Below, one piece after another: positions 36,601 through 44,436 of a DNA stretch of 64,000 nt. Each line of letters begins with the position of its first letter. The first letter of the stretch is position 1. The position numbers and the translations under genes were made by a program. Origin of the DNA: a virus (lineage: Duplodnaviria > Caudoviricetes); IMG/VR virus record IMGVR_UViG_3300031992_000007, positions 128,001 to 192,000 of that record. One strand, written 5' to 3'. The notes beneath the pieces are model-generated. The model worked only from the letters and a program-made list of their open reading frames with translations, made no database searches and was not told the DNA's origin.

Positions 36601-38877
36601 GTCACGCCCGAAAACAGAAGCAGCATCGCGCTGTTTGCCCATCCAGGCGGTCACTCGATTATAACCAGTCTTCTCCTTAAGTTCTGCAATCTGCGCGTCA
36701 GCTTCCTTAGCAGTCTTGAGCTCCTCAAGGCGTTCACTTTCAGCATTAGACGTATCGACCTGTGAGTAGTCGATGTTCGCCTGAGTGTCAGTAAGGTTAC
36801 TGAGGTTGAAGCTGTTGTTGTCGCTGATGATACCAGCTCCAGCAGCAAGCATTTCCTTAGCCTTAGCAGCTGCATCCTTATCAGGACCTTTAGCTTGCTT
36901 CTCTAAAGACTCCTTAGTCTTCAGAGAGTACTTGTCACTAAGGTAGCTACGGTAACCATAGAGTTCGAACAGACGGGGCATTTCGGTTTTGAACGAGTCC
37001 ATCTTGCGGTAGCCATTGATAGCTTCCTCAAGATCCTGGACAAGGTTCTTATCCACATCACCGTCTTCTGCCAAGCAGCCCTGATAGATAGCACGAAGCA
37101 CTTCATCAGGGTCGTTCTCGAAACCCTTAGTAATGTCCTGGATGTACTGACTGACGTAGGACTTGTCTGTACGAGTAAGGTGTTCACCGATAGCAGCCAG
37201 GTTAAGGAACTGAGCCTTGAGAGCATGGTTGATCAGGAACTTGTTGACATCCTTCTCGTACTTCTTGTAGAATGCAGTAGGATCTTCCGTAGTCTTGTTG
37301 TTGGTTACACCAGCCTTAAGCGTAGCAAGTGCATCCTGGAAAATACCACGACGTGTTGCCTCAGCACCATACAGCTTGTCATAGTAGCCTTCCTTGAGTT
37401 CATCTACGGAAGTGAACTTACGGGAATAAACGTTGTAGACCTGTTGCTCCGTATTCTCATCACCAGTACGGAGAATATCGACAGAGTGAAGGATCTTACT
37501 GAGGTAACCAGGGATGATTTCGACGATGCTCTGTCGGGTCATCGTATCGAATGTAGCTGGTTTCTCGCCACGGTCAACTAGATCGTTAGAGCCACTTGTC
37601 TGGGGAGTAAGTCCAGGCAGGAAGTCAGCGAAGAAGTTGAGAACACGACTATCAGAAGCTTCCCAGTTACGCTTGAGGTTAGCACCCTTAAGTGCAAGAG
37701 CGTTAGCGAATCCACCAACACCCTTGTTAGCACTCTTGAGAAGAGGGGCGTATTTCTGCGCCATCTTCTTAAAGATAGGCGAACCACCAAGTTTACCAAG
37801 GAGCCAACCGCCACCTTGAGCAGCGAGGTTCTTCGGGTTGAAACCGCCTCCGCCCATCTCCTGTGCCATCTCCATCATGTCGACGCCCTGGCCTGCCATA
37901 TCAACAGCATCGCCTATGGACGAGACAGTATCGAGAACACGCTTCTTGATGTTACCGAACAGCTTCTTACGGAAGCCGCTCATGAAGTTGGTCATCAACT
38001 CGCCGTACTTCTGAGTCATCGCCTTGCGGTGATAGTCGCCTATCTCCACCTTGGCCATGTCAGGAAGCATCGTGTTCTTCTGGATAGCCTGAAGGTATCC
38101 ATTGAACGACTTCATCGATTCAGCCAAGAGGTTGTAAGTATCCCTTGCGATGAAGATGTGCTTGTACTTGAGTTCGAGACTCTTCTTCAGGTAAGCAGTA
38201 TGGATCGTCTTGTGGAAGATCTCAGTTGCACGAGCAGACTGGTACAAGTGCCCCGAAGCAGCAAGTGCTGCCTCGTGACGTTCTGCTTCCACAGCCTGAT
38301 CAGCCAAGTGTCTCTGTTCTGCTGCCAGATCAGAAGCCTGCTGAGCTTCCATCTGAGCACCGAAAATCTCATTCAGGGAGTTGGAGATGTACTCAGCTTC
38401 CTGCTGCTCTTTGGTCTGCTGGAGTCCGGCTTCCATAGCTCGGGACTCAGCACGTTCATCAAGCTTCTTGGTGATCTTCTCGTACATCCCCTTAGGGATG
38501 AAGGCCTGAGCCTTAGGAAGGATCTTCCTTGCACTGTTCTCAAGGGTGGTCATCATTGGGGCAAGCTTCTTACCCACCTCATCCTTGAGATCCTTAAACT
38601 CGTTGAAGCTCTCTGTTATTTCGCCAACTACAGGCTCAACGTTCGGCATGGCTTTGAATAGCTCGGATTTGAAACCCGACTGCAAGCCCTGACCAACGCC
38701 TTTAACGCCAGAGATAAGCATGTCCTTGGTGGGGGACATAGGTTTGCGTCCACCACCAGGCTCGGATAAACCACCAAAAGGATCATCTAGCGAAATGTCA
38801 TCGAACCCACCCATCGACCCGAACTCATCATCGAACGATTCGTCCTTCTTACGATCCTGATCGATTTTACTAGCCAT
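27643..38877 (-). CDS. Giant tail/tape-measure protein (phiKZ gp181-like)
   Basis: 3744 aa; KKSLELKY and EIIPGYLSKIL N-terminal motifs, DIY..G..P repeats, Gly/Ala-rich membrane-like segment, C-terminal FAKGG..GEAGTEAIMP tape-measure motif. Confidence 0.8.
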   Translation of the reverse strand: MASKIDQDRKKDESFDDEFGSMGGFDDISLDDPFGGLSEPGGGRKPMSPTKDMLISGVKGVGQGLQSGFKSELFKAMPNVEPVVGEITESFNEFKDLKDEVGKKLAPMMTTLENSARKILPKAQAFIPKGMYEKITKKLDERAESRAMEAGLQQTKEQQEAEYISNSLNEIFGAQMEAQQASDLAAEQRHLADQAVEAERHEAALAASGHLYQSARATEIFHKTIHTAYLKKSLELKYKHIFIARDTYNLLAESMKSFNGYLQAIQKNTMLPDMAKVEIGDYHRKAMTQKYGELMTNFMSGFRKKLFGNIKKRVLDTVSSIGDAVDMAGQGVDMMEMAQEMGGGGFNPKNLAAQGGGWLLGKLGGSPIFKKMAQKYAPLLKSANKGVGGFANALALKGANLKRNWEASDSRVLNFFADFLPGLTPQTSGSNDLVDRGEKPATFDTMTRQSIVEIIPGYLSKILHSVDILRTGDENTEQQVYNVYSRKFTSVDELKEGYYDKLYGAEATRRGIFQDALATLKAGVTNNKTTEDPTAFYKKYEKDVNKFLINHALKAQFLNLAAIGEHLTRTDKSYVSQYIQDITKGFENDPDEVLRAIYQGCLAEDGDVDKNLVQDLEEAINGYRKMDSFKTEMPRLFELYGYRSYLSDKYSLKTKESLEKQAKGPDKDAAAKAKEMLAAGAGIISDNNSFNLSNLTDTQANIDYSQVDTSNAESERLEELKTAKEADAQIAELKEKTGYNRVTAWMGKQRDAASVFGRDIMARAKGKFDQSKTFLSDIASNFSEFASKIVTDPIYRAGILADLEAKGIDLLNAGKEGGQKVMDLAKEIREDPKAAMDKLRASSKEKFEEIKDAVVDKAEKTKQTAKEFYESHVSEETRAKIDKGIDKATGAAKAAAAAVGKAYDEHAPESVKNVVKKVGDVIPTSKEEAAELLSTVKDTITKTVEKIPTDKEGIKKAAADITQAVQTKTAEVLSQVKETVDKHTPESVKKTVGSVKKKVVDAAVGGGGEPLFTPPAGPSNVTFSDEDLTVFKVFMDSCRETLHNLETQTAGINAVINTVFASKDSSKPTSVIDAIMTVNQTLLDAREKADTTASVDDPLAGMSDEKAETLKQILEEFKFQSEFRTEQIDEWKKQNSEEMGILFDTMATWKGSQEQLLAAITEKIGTAGGGGGDGNGFNHDALISALEQGGYIKKRGMLQMIGGGIKSAAGAAGKVAKGLGHYAGLVYGGALKGAGSALKGAFGFAGNVVNKAAKAAKWMVEKPTFVDIYRKGEEGGAPLVSARMQKEDPGVVFADNGERVKASKDINRPVKDPRTGNYLITAEDLEHGLSMPDGSPIGKLLGGAAGLLKSYFGVTGAAVAGAFKLAGSMFKTASNVVFGKSAEPYCDIYVKGHMDKPILTRLKQERDPGVVFKDGTRVKYSSDIHEPVYDPVEKDAAGISKMLISEEDIKAGLVDANGKKLSMNAGTRGLVGATANAIEKLTPFLGKGLKGAGGLYATVFKGLFGLGMGAAKGVGKVLGRVFGIDTGSGTDVNKELLDAVKKIRDDVELIASDKKKAAGDADGDGDVDGTYADQMQNADKEKKGPTFAEHVDVDWRKKNEEGEGKDGGNGDSGLWGKAKKWMTDKLGNTKYGKMMKGWFEGAKTWSKGMIKGFGSKLGGFTKTLGGKLGIMLKGLGGHLGTMVKGFGGILGKLPGMLGGAFKGLGGLLGKIPGLGKVGGLLGKIPGVGKLGGLAAKAGGLVTKIPGVAGIAAKLGGLGSLFGAGSAAAGTTAAAGTAAAGTAATGAAAAGGTAALGSLGAVLGPAALAALAGYGIYRGVKGFSKKNTLENLGASNGISKENQLTGEDRMYSALGLNSKIGAKAMKFTSKVLGIHGLIKGIRGNDNPLTDKEIETGRNKLQRKIDKGMPGYDRILQEYEKAVEAGNWRRARELSGQEADGLIKSLWKNSPIGMVTKGLGNLLFGKKDEEMKKEEIEKTRAKFNSLIEKGGAQGKNAEKLLSKFEDYVSEGDWKNARKIAGLEKRGLFGKLFQDSKGNVKWGKLAMTAIGGIPGFLLGTLFEKKDENKPMSDKEVETERARLQKMADGGNKAAEKILEKFDEAVTEQNWKKARKLCGKEVQSNLAKFGGAVKSTLKWTRRIGTLGLSMLFESDQDKPLTDAEIEKYQKKMQARADHGDKMAERKLDKFNEAIAQQKWEKARQIAKLPDESKVTKAAKATWRFFFGGSGEEPMKEAEITKFRESMQRKINMGSKSAEKKLEAFNNAVEEERWKKARAISKTPDEGILKKGAKALGNAWLNQWRTILGGDGKPMDEAELAKARKQFQIDIAENKKGAQKRSDMFEDYVADEKWEKARKLAKMPYENIAKRALKSVGNFLFGSDDDAMSPEEIDKFQKELEQRVEDGDPKASKLLDAFNQAVENQNWKKAKKLAGIKLGGVVGSVVKGAKSFWNFITGKKDYEDCQKIKEELEEKASEDETGLVDAGITQFDVLVRRQKYNEAMDLAKDILKLKPQELAMKHNLTSDGYEQYKKQAEELDAKISKAIESDNSWFSIKKMRLKSLRSDLKNSGEWSDEYFEELRDRYSSITGEDVFGEEAEGVDDETMEKGKQLLKDVDKTSENFSWIGSPIIKSRLAALRSEIKGDLSMWNDEQFDEWRDKIKEIAGEDAVISAPEWKEEKFGDPEIEKGGRKLLDKIDEYRNKLSWFSSPLLKKQLTGLYDMLSAQRATWSDELFDNVAKQFAELTGQDAEELKASMESDEGWKDAERADKEGKMLLKDIDKTSDKFSWFTSPKIKWNLSRLRSQVEGEEMKWAKDGVLDKFRDRLKEIAGDDAVLTEVPKDDDEWADKERVDRNGKKVLQDIKDTANKFSWIGSPKIKWNLSRLKSRVEGEETEWTDDKLEEYRKRLKDIAGDDAVLSELEQKEKEENGEGTSDSEEIDPAEFGLGNSEEEAAKLGKMTRGEMIEYFDNLKDRIMKSAVGMNVNSPEVAELDDLVAHISKIQNHPSFNTPGIGSISKKALEKLTMGIQDKWRDILKRAKRMKDDTHEVMDEEGEEDQDEIAKRGEALMKDIDDASSKVGFFSGSGGLGQMLVKKGALKALKTRIDWGRGEWSKEKLDEWREKYRKMVKFFGIDDAPDKDNEDLEAGMDENVLAKGKSLVEDIDKTKEEFHWWNSEKSLLESLKQAVEAKKPEWDDENLKQFKEKLKEIAGDKAKSSYNFDAEDQDLERRGRQLIKDIDESTVKADKRWFNGRTVDSLKELRREVDSASAEWSDEKLEGWQKKLKDIAGEDAVVSDLKRKQEEAEEEAEDAEAEELEQKNQELADAAKSVNPVTGNAPVVEEKPPEPGYSNPLAEEHYGKLAIQRKPWLAQVEQPGDPDSEEAAREAWEMETGQDASTYGKSPKKKGKTTSIDDGTYDEVSSTTSEDEDGSVTESTSRTGIRIAGEPVSKDGLTDKQMGIIGMAKAMGQYENYPDYVKEMYEEQLPDYEERRAAKKAKAREEDDEFEERFAKGGFFGKLKRFAKKGLATAVDPFGIQRAMFKKTGAFLNKAKEALVGDGVPVEAGEAGTEAIMPVRNVAGNLLSKVGSKLNSLLHGEDIGPANDVKTADGVVHAEDKASEPTTNLMATELSKNIQPKVIEPETSGGWLDKLKSSVTDFFSPKKEEPKPAPLPKESPNDDKLAQLIEQNQKLIGLLASVIGQNGLKVDGMGDLASAISSMPAGGDTNNVSYNDNNGGPQTGFDLRKKQV

Positions 38878-39679
38878 TTGCTAAATCCTCCATATTGAGA
38901 AGTGATTTATCCACAAACGAAAACTTCTTGCACATAATACTCAAGACGTCCTGCAGGTTGATCAAACCAACTTCAGTATCTTCCTTACCAATGTCAGACA
39001 CTTTGAGTCCGACTATGGAACAGTTGGCCAATTCATGCATTTCCATCATGAGTTTCTGCGATGAGGTTCCAAGCTCAAGGAACCCCTTTACATCGTACAC
39101 ACAGATCATGTCCTGTAGTTTGAGAAGACTCTCTGGAACTTCCGCCCAGTTCCTGTAGTTAGTCAACTCTACCCGAACACCAGGGTCAGCAGCATGGATA
39201 GCACTGACAACTGTATTGATAATGTAAGGATGTAGATCCGGATACCTGTTGTTCAGGGTTATCTTCAAAGACCTGTGAGTTTCCTTGGATTCGTTTTCGG
39301 TGTTCACGAATTTGATGATGTCCTGCAACTCCCTTAGGAACTTAGTAGGAAGAGCTGCAGCTGCAAGGAAAGTCTTGTATTCCTTGACAGGACTGTTGAT
39401 GAAATTATCCAAGTCAGACTCTTTCACACCGAGTTTAGGGAAGAACTTGCATACCTCAAGTGTAGGCGCATCAAGGTATTCCATCAAGTGTTCACGGATG
39501 TAGTTGTAATCCTCTGGACCTTTGATGAAAGACATGAGTGCCGACAGCCTGAAATCGAAGAGTAAATCCAGGTCGATGTACATGAACTCACGCTGGGTCA
39601 TCAGGGGCTTCATAGCCTCCATCGCGACCGACGAAATATCGTTCTGGATGACCTCATCAGAAACTGCAGAATTGTTCAT
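38870..39679 (-). CDS. Conserved jumbo-phage hypothetical protein
   Basis: YIDLDLLFDFRLSAL motif; translationally coupled to the tail gene. Confidence 0.7.
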   Translation of the reverse strand: MNNSAVSDEVIQNDISSVAMEAMKPLMTQREFMYIDLDLLFDFRLSALMSFIKGPEDYNYIREHLMEYLDAPTLEVCKFFPKLGVKESDLDNFINSPVKEYKTFLAAAALPTKFLRELQDIIKFVNTENESKETHRSLKITLNNRYPDLHPYIINTVVSAIHAADPGVRVELTNYRNWAEVPESLLKLQDMICVYDVKGFLELGTSSQKLMMEMHELANCSIVGLKVSDIGKEDTEVGLINLQDVLSIMCKKFSFVDKSLLNMEDLANG

Positions 39680-39761
39680 GTTTTCAAGCCTTTTTATTTA
39701 AAAAGATAACTATACAATGGCGCTCCCAGAGCAGGCGATATGCCTGCTCCAGGATGGGTAT

Positions 39762-40274
39762 TTATTCCGCATCTTCAGCAAGTGGGAAACATTCTGGAAG
39801 CGTATCTTCGACCGCTCTTGGAGCGTCTCGTTTACCCTCTAACTGCTCACAAAAATCCTTTACGACAGACTGCAAAGCACGGCGTGTTTTGATGGTGTAC
39901 TTTCGCATCTCAGCAAGCTCTTGAGAGACACTCGTATTAGTCAAAACATGCTTCATGGATTCGTACTGCCGCATGAGGATCGCACGACGGAAACGATAGT
40001 GTATAAGACGATCGTAGTACGCCTTGAGGATTGGGTTCATTCTCGTGGTGTACAGGTCATCTATGTACTTGTCAAGTTTACCGCCTCTTTGAACAGCACA
40101 AGCAACAACCAATGTGTAAGCATACTCCCACATAGGGAGAGATGACAACCACTTCCTTGGGTGATCTTTGATCATGTCCCAGGTTTCGTGGTTGTAGTTC
40201 TCATTGGTGTTTTCAGGGAACGAAACGTGGAACAATGGTGGTCTATCACACTCCCAAAGATGTTCTTCTGCCAT
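39762..40274 (-). CDS. Hypothetical protein
   Basis: SD AAGGAG; operon context. Confidence 0.7.
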   Translation of the reverse strand: MAEEHLWECDRPPLFHVSFPENTNENYNHETWDMIKDHPRKWLSSLPMWEYAYTLVVACAVQRGGKLDKYIDDLYTTRMNPILKAYYDRLIHYRFRRAILMRQYESMKHVLTNTSVSQELAEMRKYTIKTRRALQSVVKDFCEQLEGKRDAPRAVEDTLPECFPLAEDAE

Positions 40275-40276
40275 GT

Positions 40277-40813
40277 CTAAACTCCTTTATGCAAACGTTT
40301 GAGTCTACATACAATTTTGGGACAGGAGCCAGAGCAGTCAGTGAGTTTGGCTGCATTGACGACATAGATGTCGGTGTTGGAACCTTCGAGAGGGCAGTTA
40401 GACTTAGAGATGTTCTTCTCAACCGCCAAGAACCGATCCCACAGCTCGCAGAAGCGGGTGATCCTGGTGACAGGTTTTCCTCTGGTGAGAACCCATCGAT
40501 TGACGAACATCTCAATAGCTTTCGTCCCCATGTTTCGTTCGAAGCGCTTAAGGTCCTTAGCACTTGCGTAGGCGATGAACAGGTCGTTGGAATTCGGGAT
40601 CGCACCTCTAGTTGTGTAGATCCTCTTCTTACCCTTCTTCCTATTATCGAGGGCGACGAACGGAAGTTTTCTTGGAGGATCGGACGCTAGCTCGATCTCG
40701 AACAACGGCAACCATTTGTGAATAGAAGACTTGTGTCGTAAGACCTCAGCAAGCCGGAGAGAAGTTTCACGGCGTATCGAATTTTCTTTCTCTCTTAATA
40801 GCGTCGATGTCAT
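40277..40813 (-). CDS. Basic hypothetical protein
   Basis: SD AGAGGA; overlaps upstream gene by 47 nt. Confidence 0.6.
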   Translation of the reverse strand: MTSTLLREKENSIRRETSLRLAEVLRHKSSIHKWLPLFEIELASDPPRKLPFVALDNRKKGKKRIYTTRGAIPNSNDLFIAYASAKDLKRFERNMGTKAIEMFVNRWVLTRGKPVTRITRFCELWDRFLAVEKNISKSNCPLEGSNTDIYVVNAAKLTDCSGSCPKIVCRLKRLHKGV

Positions 40814-41807
40814 TGTTCATGTCCTCTTTAGTTGGTTTGTGAAACACGTCGCCTATTTTGGATAAGAAAGTTTTCTTCTTGGGAGGGGAGACGATACTCC
40901 ACACATCCAGAAGAGAGTCGACTACATCATCCGGGTCTTTCGAGATCTTACCACCGATGTACTTATCACCAAGGTCAGAGAGGGTATTGATGGCCAGTGC
41001 ACTCTTGAACCCATCACGGACAAGAGTCTCAGACATCTCGTGTGCATCCTGATCGATCTTGTAGATCTTCATGGAGTTGGCGAGATTGATCATGATCTGA
41101 TTGACCTTCTCTGAGTGTCGTTTGTTCTTGACGACTTTGGTGAGAACATCATGCAGTTCCTTCTTGATCGTTTCGGCTTTAGCTTCATCGACCTTGAGGA
41201 GCTGGGAGGTAGAAGCCGAGTGACCTAAGATGTAGGTATACACTCTGATAAGCATGTCTCTAACACCACTGACAAACCCAACATCTGTGTATGACCTAAC
41301 AGGCAGGAAACACATAGGTGCGGGAATGAGAGAAGGATAGAGAATGGGTTCTGTCATCTGAGTGAAGATAGCCCTCGTGCAAGCACAGGTTCTTGCATCT
41401 TTAAATTCTCCAGTGGCTTCCAGGAAGGAACGACATACGTGGGAGATGTAGTGCATGATCATGTAAGGATCATTGATGTCCTTAACATACATCATCCGTC
41501 TGAAGTAATCGATCAGGATATGCCAAGAGTTTTCACTGGGCTGCTCAGCCTTGTCCAGATCCACGTCTTTGCGGATTCCGTGATCGAATACACCTTCATT
41601 TCCATTCAAGAAAGCCCTCCACCTCTGGTTAGCTTCTTCGTAAAGAGCATAGATGTTGTACGACCGGATCTGGTTCCGATCAAGGAACTCAGAAAACACA
41701 ATCGGACTGAAGTGACTGTGCGTGTGCGGCATGGTGATGTCAGACAGCATCATTTGACTGAAGAACATATCGGTCTTTTCTTGTGAGACTCCCTGAAAAC
41801 ATGCCAT
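40767..41807 (-). CDS. Hypothetical protein
   Basis: 346-aa ORF, SD GAGGTG. Confidence 0.7.
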   Translation of the reverse strand: MACFQGVSQEKTDMFFSQMMLSDITMPHTHSHFSPIVFSEFLDRNQIRSYNIYALYEEANQRWRAFLNGNEGVFDHGIRKDVDLDKAEQPSENSWHILIDYFRRMMYVKDINDPYMIMHYISHVCRSFLEATGEFKDARTCACTRAIFTQMTEPILYPSLIPAPMCFLPVRSYTDVGFVSGVRDMLIRVYTYILGHSASTSQLLKVDEAKAETIKKELHDVLTKVVKNKRHSEKVNQIMINLANSMKIYKIDQDAHEMSETLVRDGFKSALAINTLSDLGDKYIGGKISKDPDDVVDSLLDVWSIVSPPKKKTFLSKIGDVFHKPTKEDMNNDIDAIKRERKFDTP

Positions 41808-41822
41808 AACTAATACACCTCT

Positions 41823-42071
41823 TTATTTGTAGGGTTTGTGAAATTTCCTGTGTTTACGTCCGCCTCTGTGTTTACGACGTTTGTGAGGCTTCGTAGGATC
41901 GAAGTGTCCGTCGAAACTAGCGCCGACGAACTTAGGACCTGGATAGCTCTTCTCCACTTTGGACTTCTGGTTCTTGTAGAAAGACATCGTCCTACGCCAA
42001 GCGTACAAAGGAGAAGTCACGATACCTTTTAGGAAGTAGTATAGGTATACTACCGGAGCGAACAGTTTCAT
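41823..42071 (-). CDS. Small protein, hydrophobic N-terminus and K/R/H-rich tail
   Basis: SD AAAGGAG. Confidence 0.6.
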   Translation of the reverse strand: MKLFAPVVYLYYFLKGIVTSPLYAWRRTMSFYKNQKSKVEKSYPGPKFVGASFDGHFDPTKPHKRRKHRGGRKHRKFHKPYK

Positions 42072-42152
42072 GTAGGATTAACTCCTTTCGGTTAACTTGA
42101 TCATTATATTAAGGCAACTAGACATAAAAAGAAAACAACACCCGACTGGCTC

Positions 42153-43730
42153 TCACGAGCCAGCGGGTGCATTATTGACCACAATGCCTTCTGTATCATC
42201 CATACCTCTGAACTCTCTGTACACCCTAGACAGACGCTTGAGAATGCTGAACCTTTCCTCAGCATGCGCAACTTGACGAGATATACAATCATCGCATTTA
42301 TCGATGTAGTGCATCTCGATACCATCGGCACGACGAAGACGTCCAAACACTTGTTCTATCAAAGGCGCTGAAGCGACGGACACTGTATTGTACAGGGTTA
42401 TAAGCCCGCGTAAGTCCAAGCCCGTTCCACTCTTACCTGGATTGGAGACGATGATGTCACTCTTCTTCAGGATATCGTTTTCACTACCACCAATGTACTC
42501 GTTGATAGAAAGATCTGGATAAAGCTTTCTCAACTGTTTGACCACTTTGTTGATGAACTCGATGGTTGAACAGATAATCAGCATCTTGTGTCCAGCACCT
42601 TCTTTACGACGGTTGATGAAGTGTGCGTTGATGATAGGTACGAAAATGGTTTGGATGTGATAGTTGCACTTCTGTTCGCTGATAAGTAATTCCTTCTCGT
42701 ACAGTGCGTGCATGTAACCTTTCTTACGACAGCATCTTTCTTCTCTAACCTCACCGTAATAGTGGTAGACGAAGGTAGATACGTATCGATCGTAGGCATC
42801 CATGCCGTACTGAATAGATTCGGGGAACACTCTCTTGAATATCTGTCTAGCAACCCTCTCATTCTGAGTAAAGGTAGCCGAACAGTACAAGTCATAAGGA
42901 ACATTGAGTGCAAGGTCCATCATGGTGTTGGCATGGAACTTCAGATGACACTCATCAACGATCTTAACACCGATTCCATAAGTCTGGAAGAACTTAGAGA
43001 ATGTCCAAGGTAGCAAATCGTAGTCATTGTCACCATTGCAGAAGATCTGCATCGTGCGATGAGAAGCAACGAACATCGCTGGTTTGTACTCTGGATGTTG
43101 AGCTAGTTTAGCCAACGAGTCGAACCCTTCGATCTTGTAGATCTCATCCGACGTTATGTCTGTCTGTTCCCTGATGCTGTCCATCCACTGATCGGTAAGA
43201 CCTCCCACGATGACTATTCCCGCATAACCTAAGTTGACCCAGGACTTGGTGGCACAGTAGGTCTTACCCTTGCCTGTCTGCATAGCAAGACCCTTCATCC
43301 CAGGGACTCTTTCGGAACATTTCTCGATCAACCGGACTTGGTGCGGACGATCAGTGAACTTGGAGTTCATCTTGACATCGATCTTCCTGAGTTCGTAGTC
43401 AGGCAACCTCAAATTCTCAATGACACATCCGAAATCCTCTAGGAGCTTCTGTACGTCATTAGCATAGCAAATAGGAATAATAAGTCTCTGAAGGTCTGTG
43501 TTGTACTTTCCATAGAACCTCTTGTATTCCCAATGTGCATACTCGAACACCAGACGTTTAAGCTCCTTGTTCCATCTCTTACCAGTGGGGATGTACTCCT
43601 TTTCATACAGAGTACTTCTACACCAGTCTCCAACTGCTGTACTGAACGTGGTCTTGCCTATGAGCTGTATCTCAGCGTGGGTATACCCACGGTAGAACGG
43701 GATCTTGGGCCTCAACTCGACCATGGGCAT
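42153..43730 (-). CDS. SF2 DNA helicase (phiKZ gp75-like)
   Basis: QTGKGKT, IVDECH, SAT, GTGLD, QVFGRLR. Confidence 0.9.
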   Translation of the reverse strand: MPMVELRPKIPFYRGYTHAEIQLIGKTTFSTAVGDWCRSTLYEKEYIPTGKRWNKELKRLVFEYAHWEYKRFYGKYNTDLQRLIIPICYANDVQKLLEDFGCVIENLRLPDYELRKIDVKMNSKFTDRPHQVRLIEKCSERVPGMKGLAMQTGKGKTYCATKSWVNLGYAGIVIVGGLTDQWMDSIREQTDITSDEIYKIEGFDSLAKLAQHPEYKPAMFVASHRTMQIFCNGDNDYDLLPWTFSKFFQTYGIGVKIVDECHLKFHANTMMDLALNVPYDLYCSATFTQNERVARQIFKRVFPESIQYGMDAYDRYVSTFVYHYYGEVREERCCRKKGYMHALYEKELLISEQKCNYHIQTIFVPIINAHFINRRKEGAGHKMLIICSTIEFINKVVKQLRKLYPDLSINEYIGGSENDILKKSDIIVSNPGKSGTGLDLRGLITLYNTVSVASAPLIEQVFGRLRRADGIEMHYIDKCDDCISRQVAHAEERFSILKRLSRVYREFRGMDDTEGIVVNNAPAGS

Positions 43731-43739
43731 ACCTCCTTT

Positions 43740-44357
43740 CTAAGTATTGAAGATCTCAGATTTCACTCTGTTCGCTTCACTGCGTTCGTCTTCACCAATA
43801 ACCCAACTGCCTCGTAATTCTCCCTTTTTGAAATGTGGACAGAATTGCATTGCATAGATTAGATGACAAGGACATTCAGTGCGTCCGCTATTTTGGCAAT
43901 GACACCAGTGGTGTTTACCATAGTCGGAATATTCCCAATGTGCACACACGTAAACACGTGTTTTATCTTCCATCGAAGGATTAGGTATTAGACCAGCCAT
44001 GAGCCTGCATTTCTCTGCATCTACCTTCTCAGGAGCTTGCATCTTCTTGAACTCTTCCTCACTGTTGCCAGTAAGAGTTTGATAAAATGGGAAGTGATTG
44101 TGTGCACAGTACATGGCAGCTTCGTATACACAAAGATGCTTGTCGCTGTACGCACGAGTCGTGTAATCTATAGGTGAGGTGATGTGAAGCTTGTAAGTAG
44201 GTTTTCCATTCTCTATTCCGTTCTTGAAATACTTTCGACTTGTTCCGGGGTAGTTCTCAAGAAAATAATTGACCACAGTATCTTCAGTCTGAATAAGACC
44301 CATCGGATCATGTTCGAAGGCCTTATGAAGTTGTTCACAGATACGTTCAAAAGTCAT
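43740..44357 (-). CDS. Hypothetical protein with Cys/His cluster
   Basis: Start revised to ATG 44357 (SD AGGAG, after hairpin 44386-44409). Confidence 0.65.
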   Translation of the reverse strand: MTFERICEQLHKAFEHDPMGLIQTEDTVVNYFLENYPGTSRKYFKNGIENGKPTYKLHITSPIDYTTRAYSDKHLCVYEAAMYCAHNHFPFYQTLTGNSEEEFKKMQAPEKVDAEKCRLMAGLIPNPSMEDKTRVYVCAHWEYSDYGKHHWCHCQNSGRTECPCHLIYAMQFCPHFKKGELRGSWVIGEDERSEANRVKSEIFNT

Positions 44358-44436
44358 GTTGAAGTGTCTCCTTTGTGTTAATGATACCACCCTGGGGTTA
44401 CCAGGGTGGATCTGTAGTTCTCTTTGAGATACATCA

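Noticed and set aside
27689-38661. Long plus-strand ORFs opposite the tail gene (e.g. 33844-35808), and 2334-3347, 23937-25061
   Set aside because: Antisense shadows caused by codon bias of the real minus-strand genes
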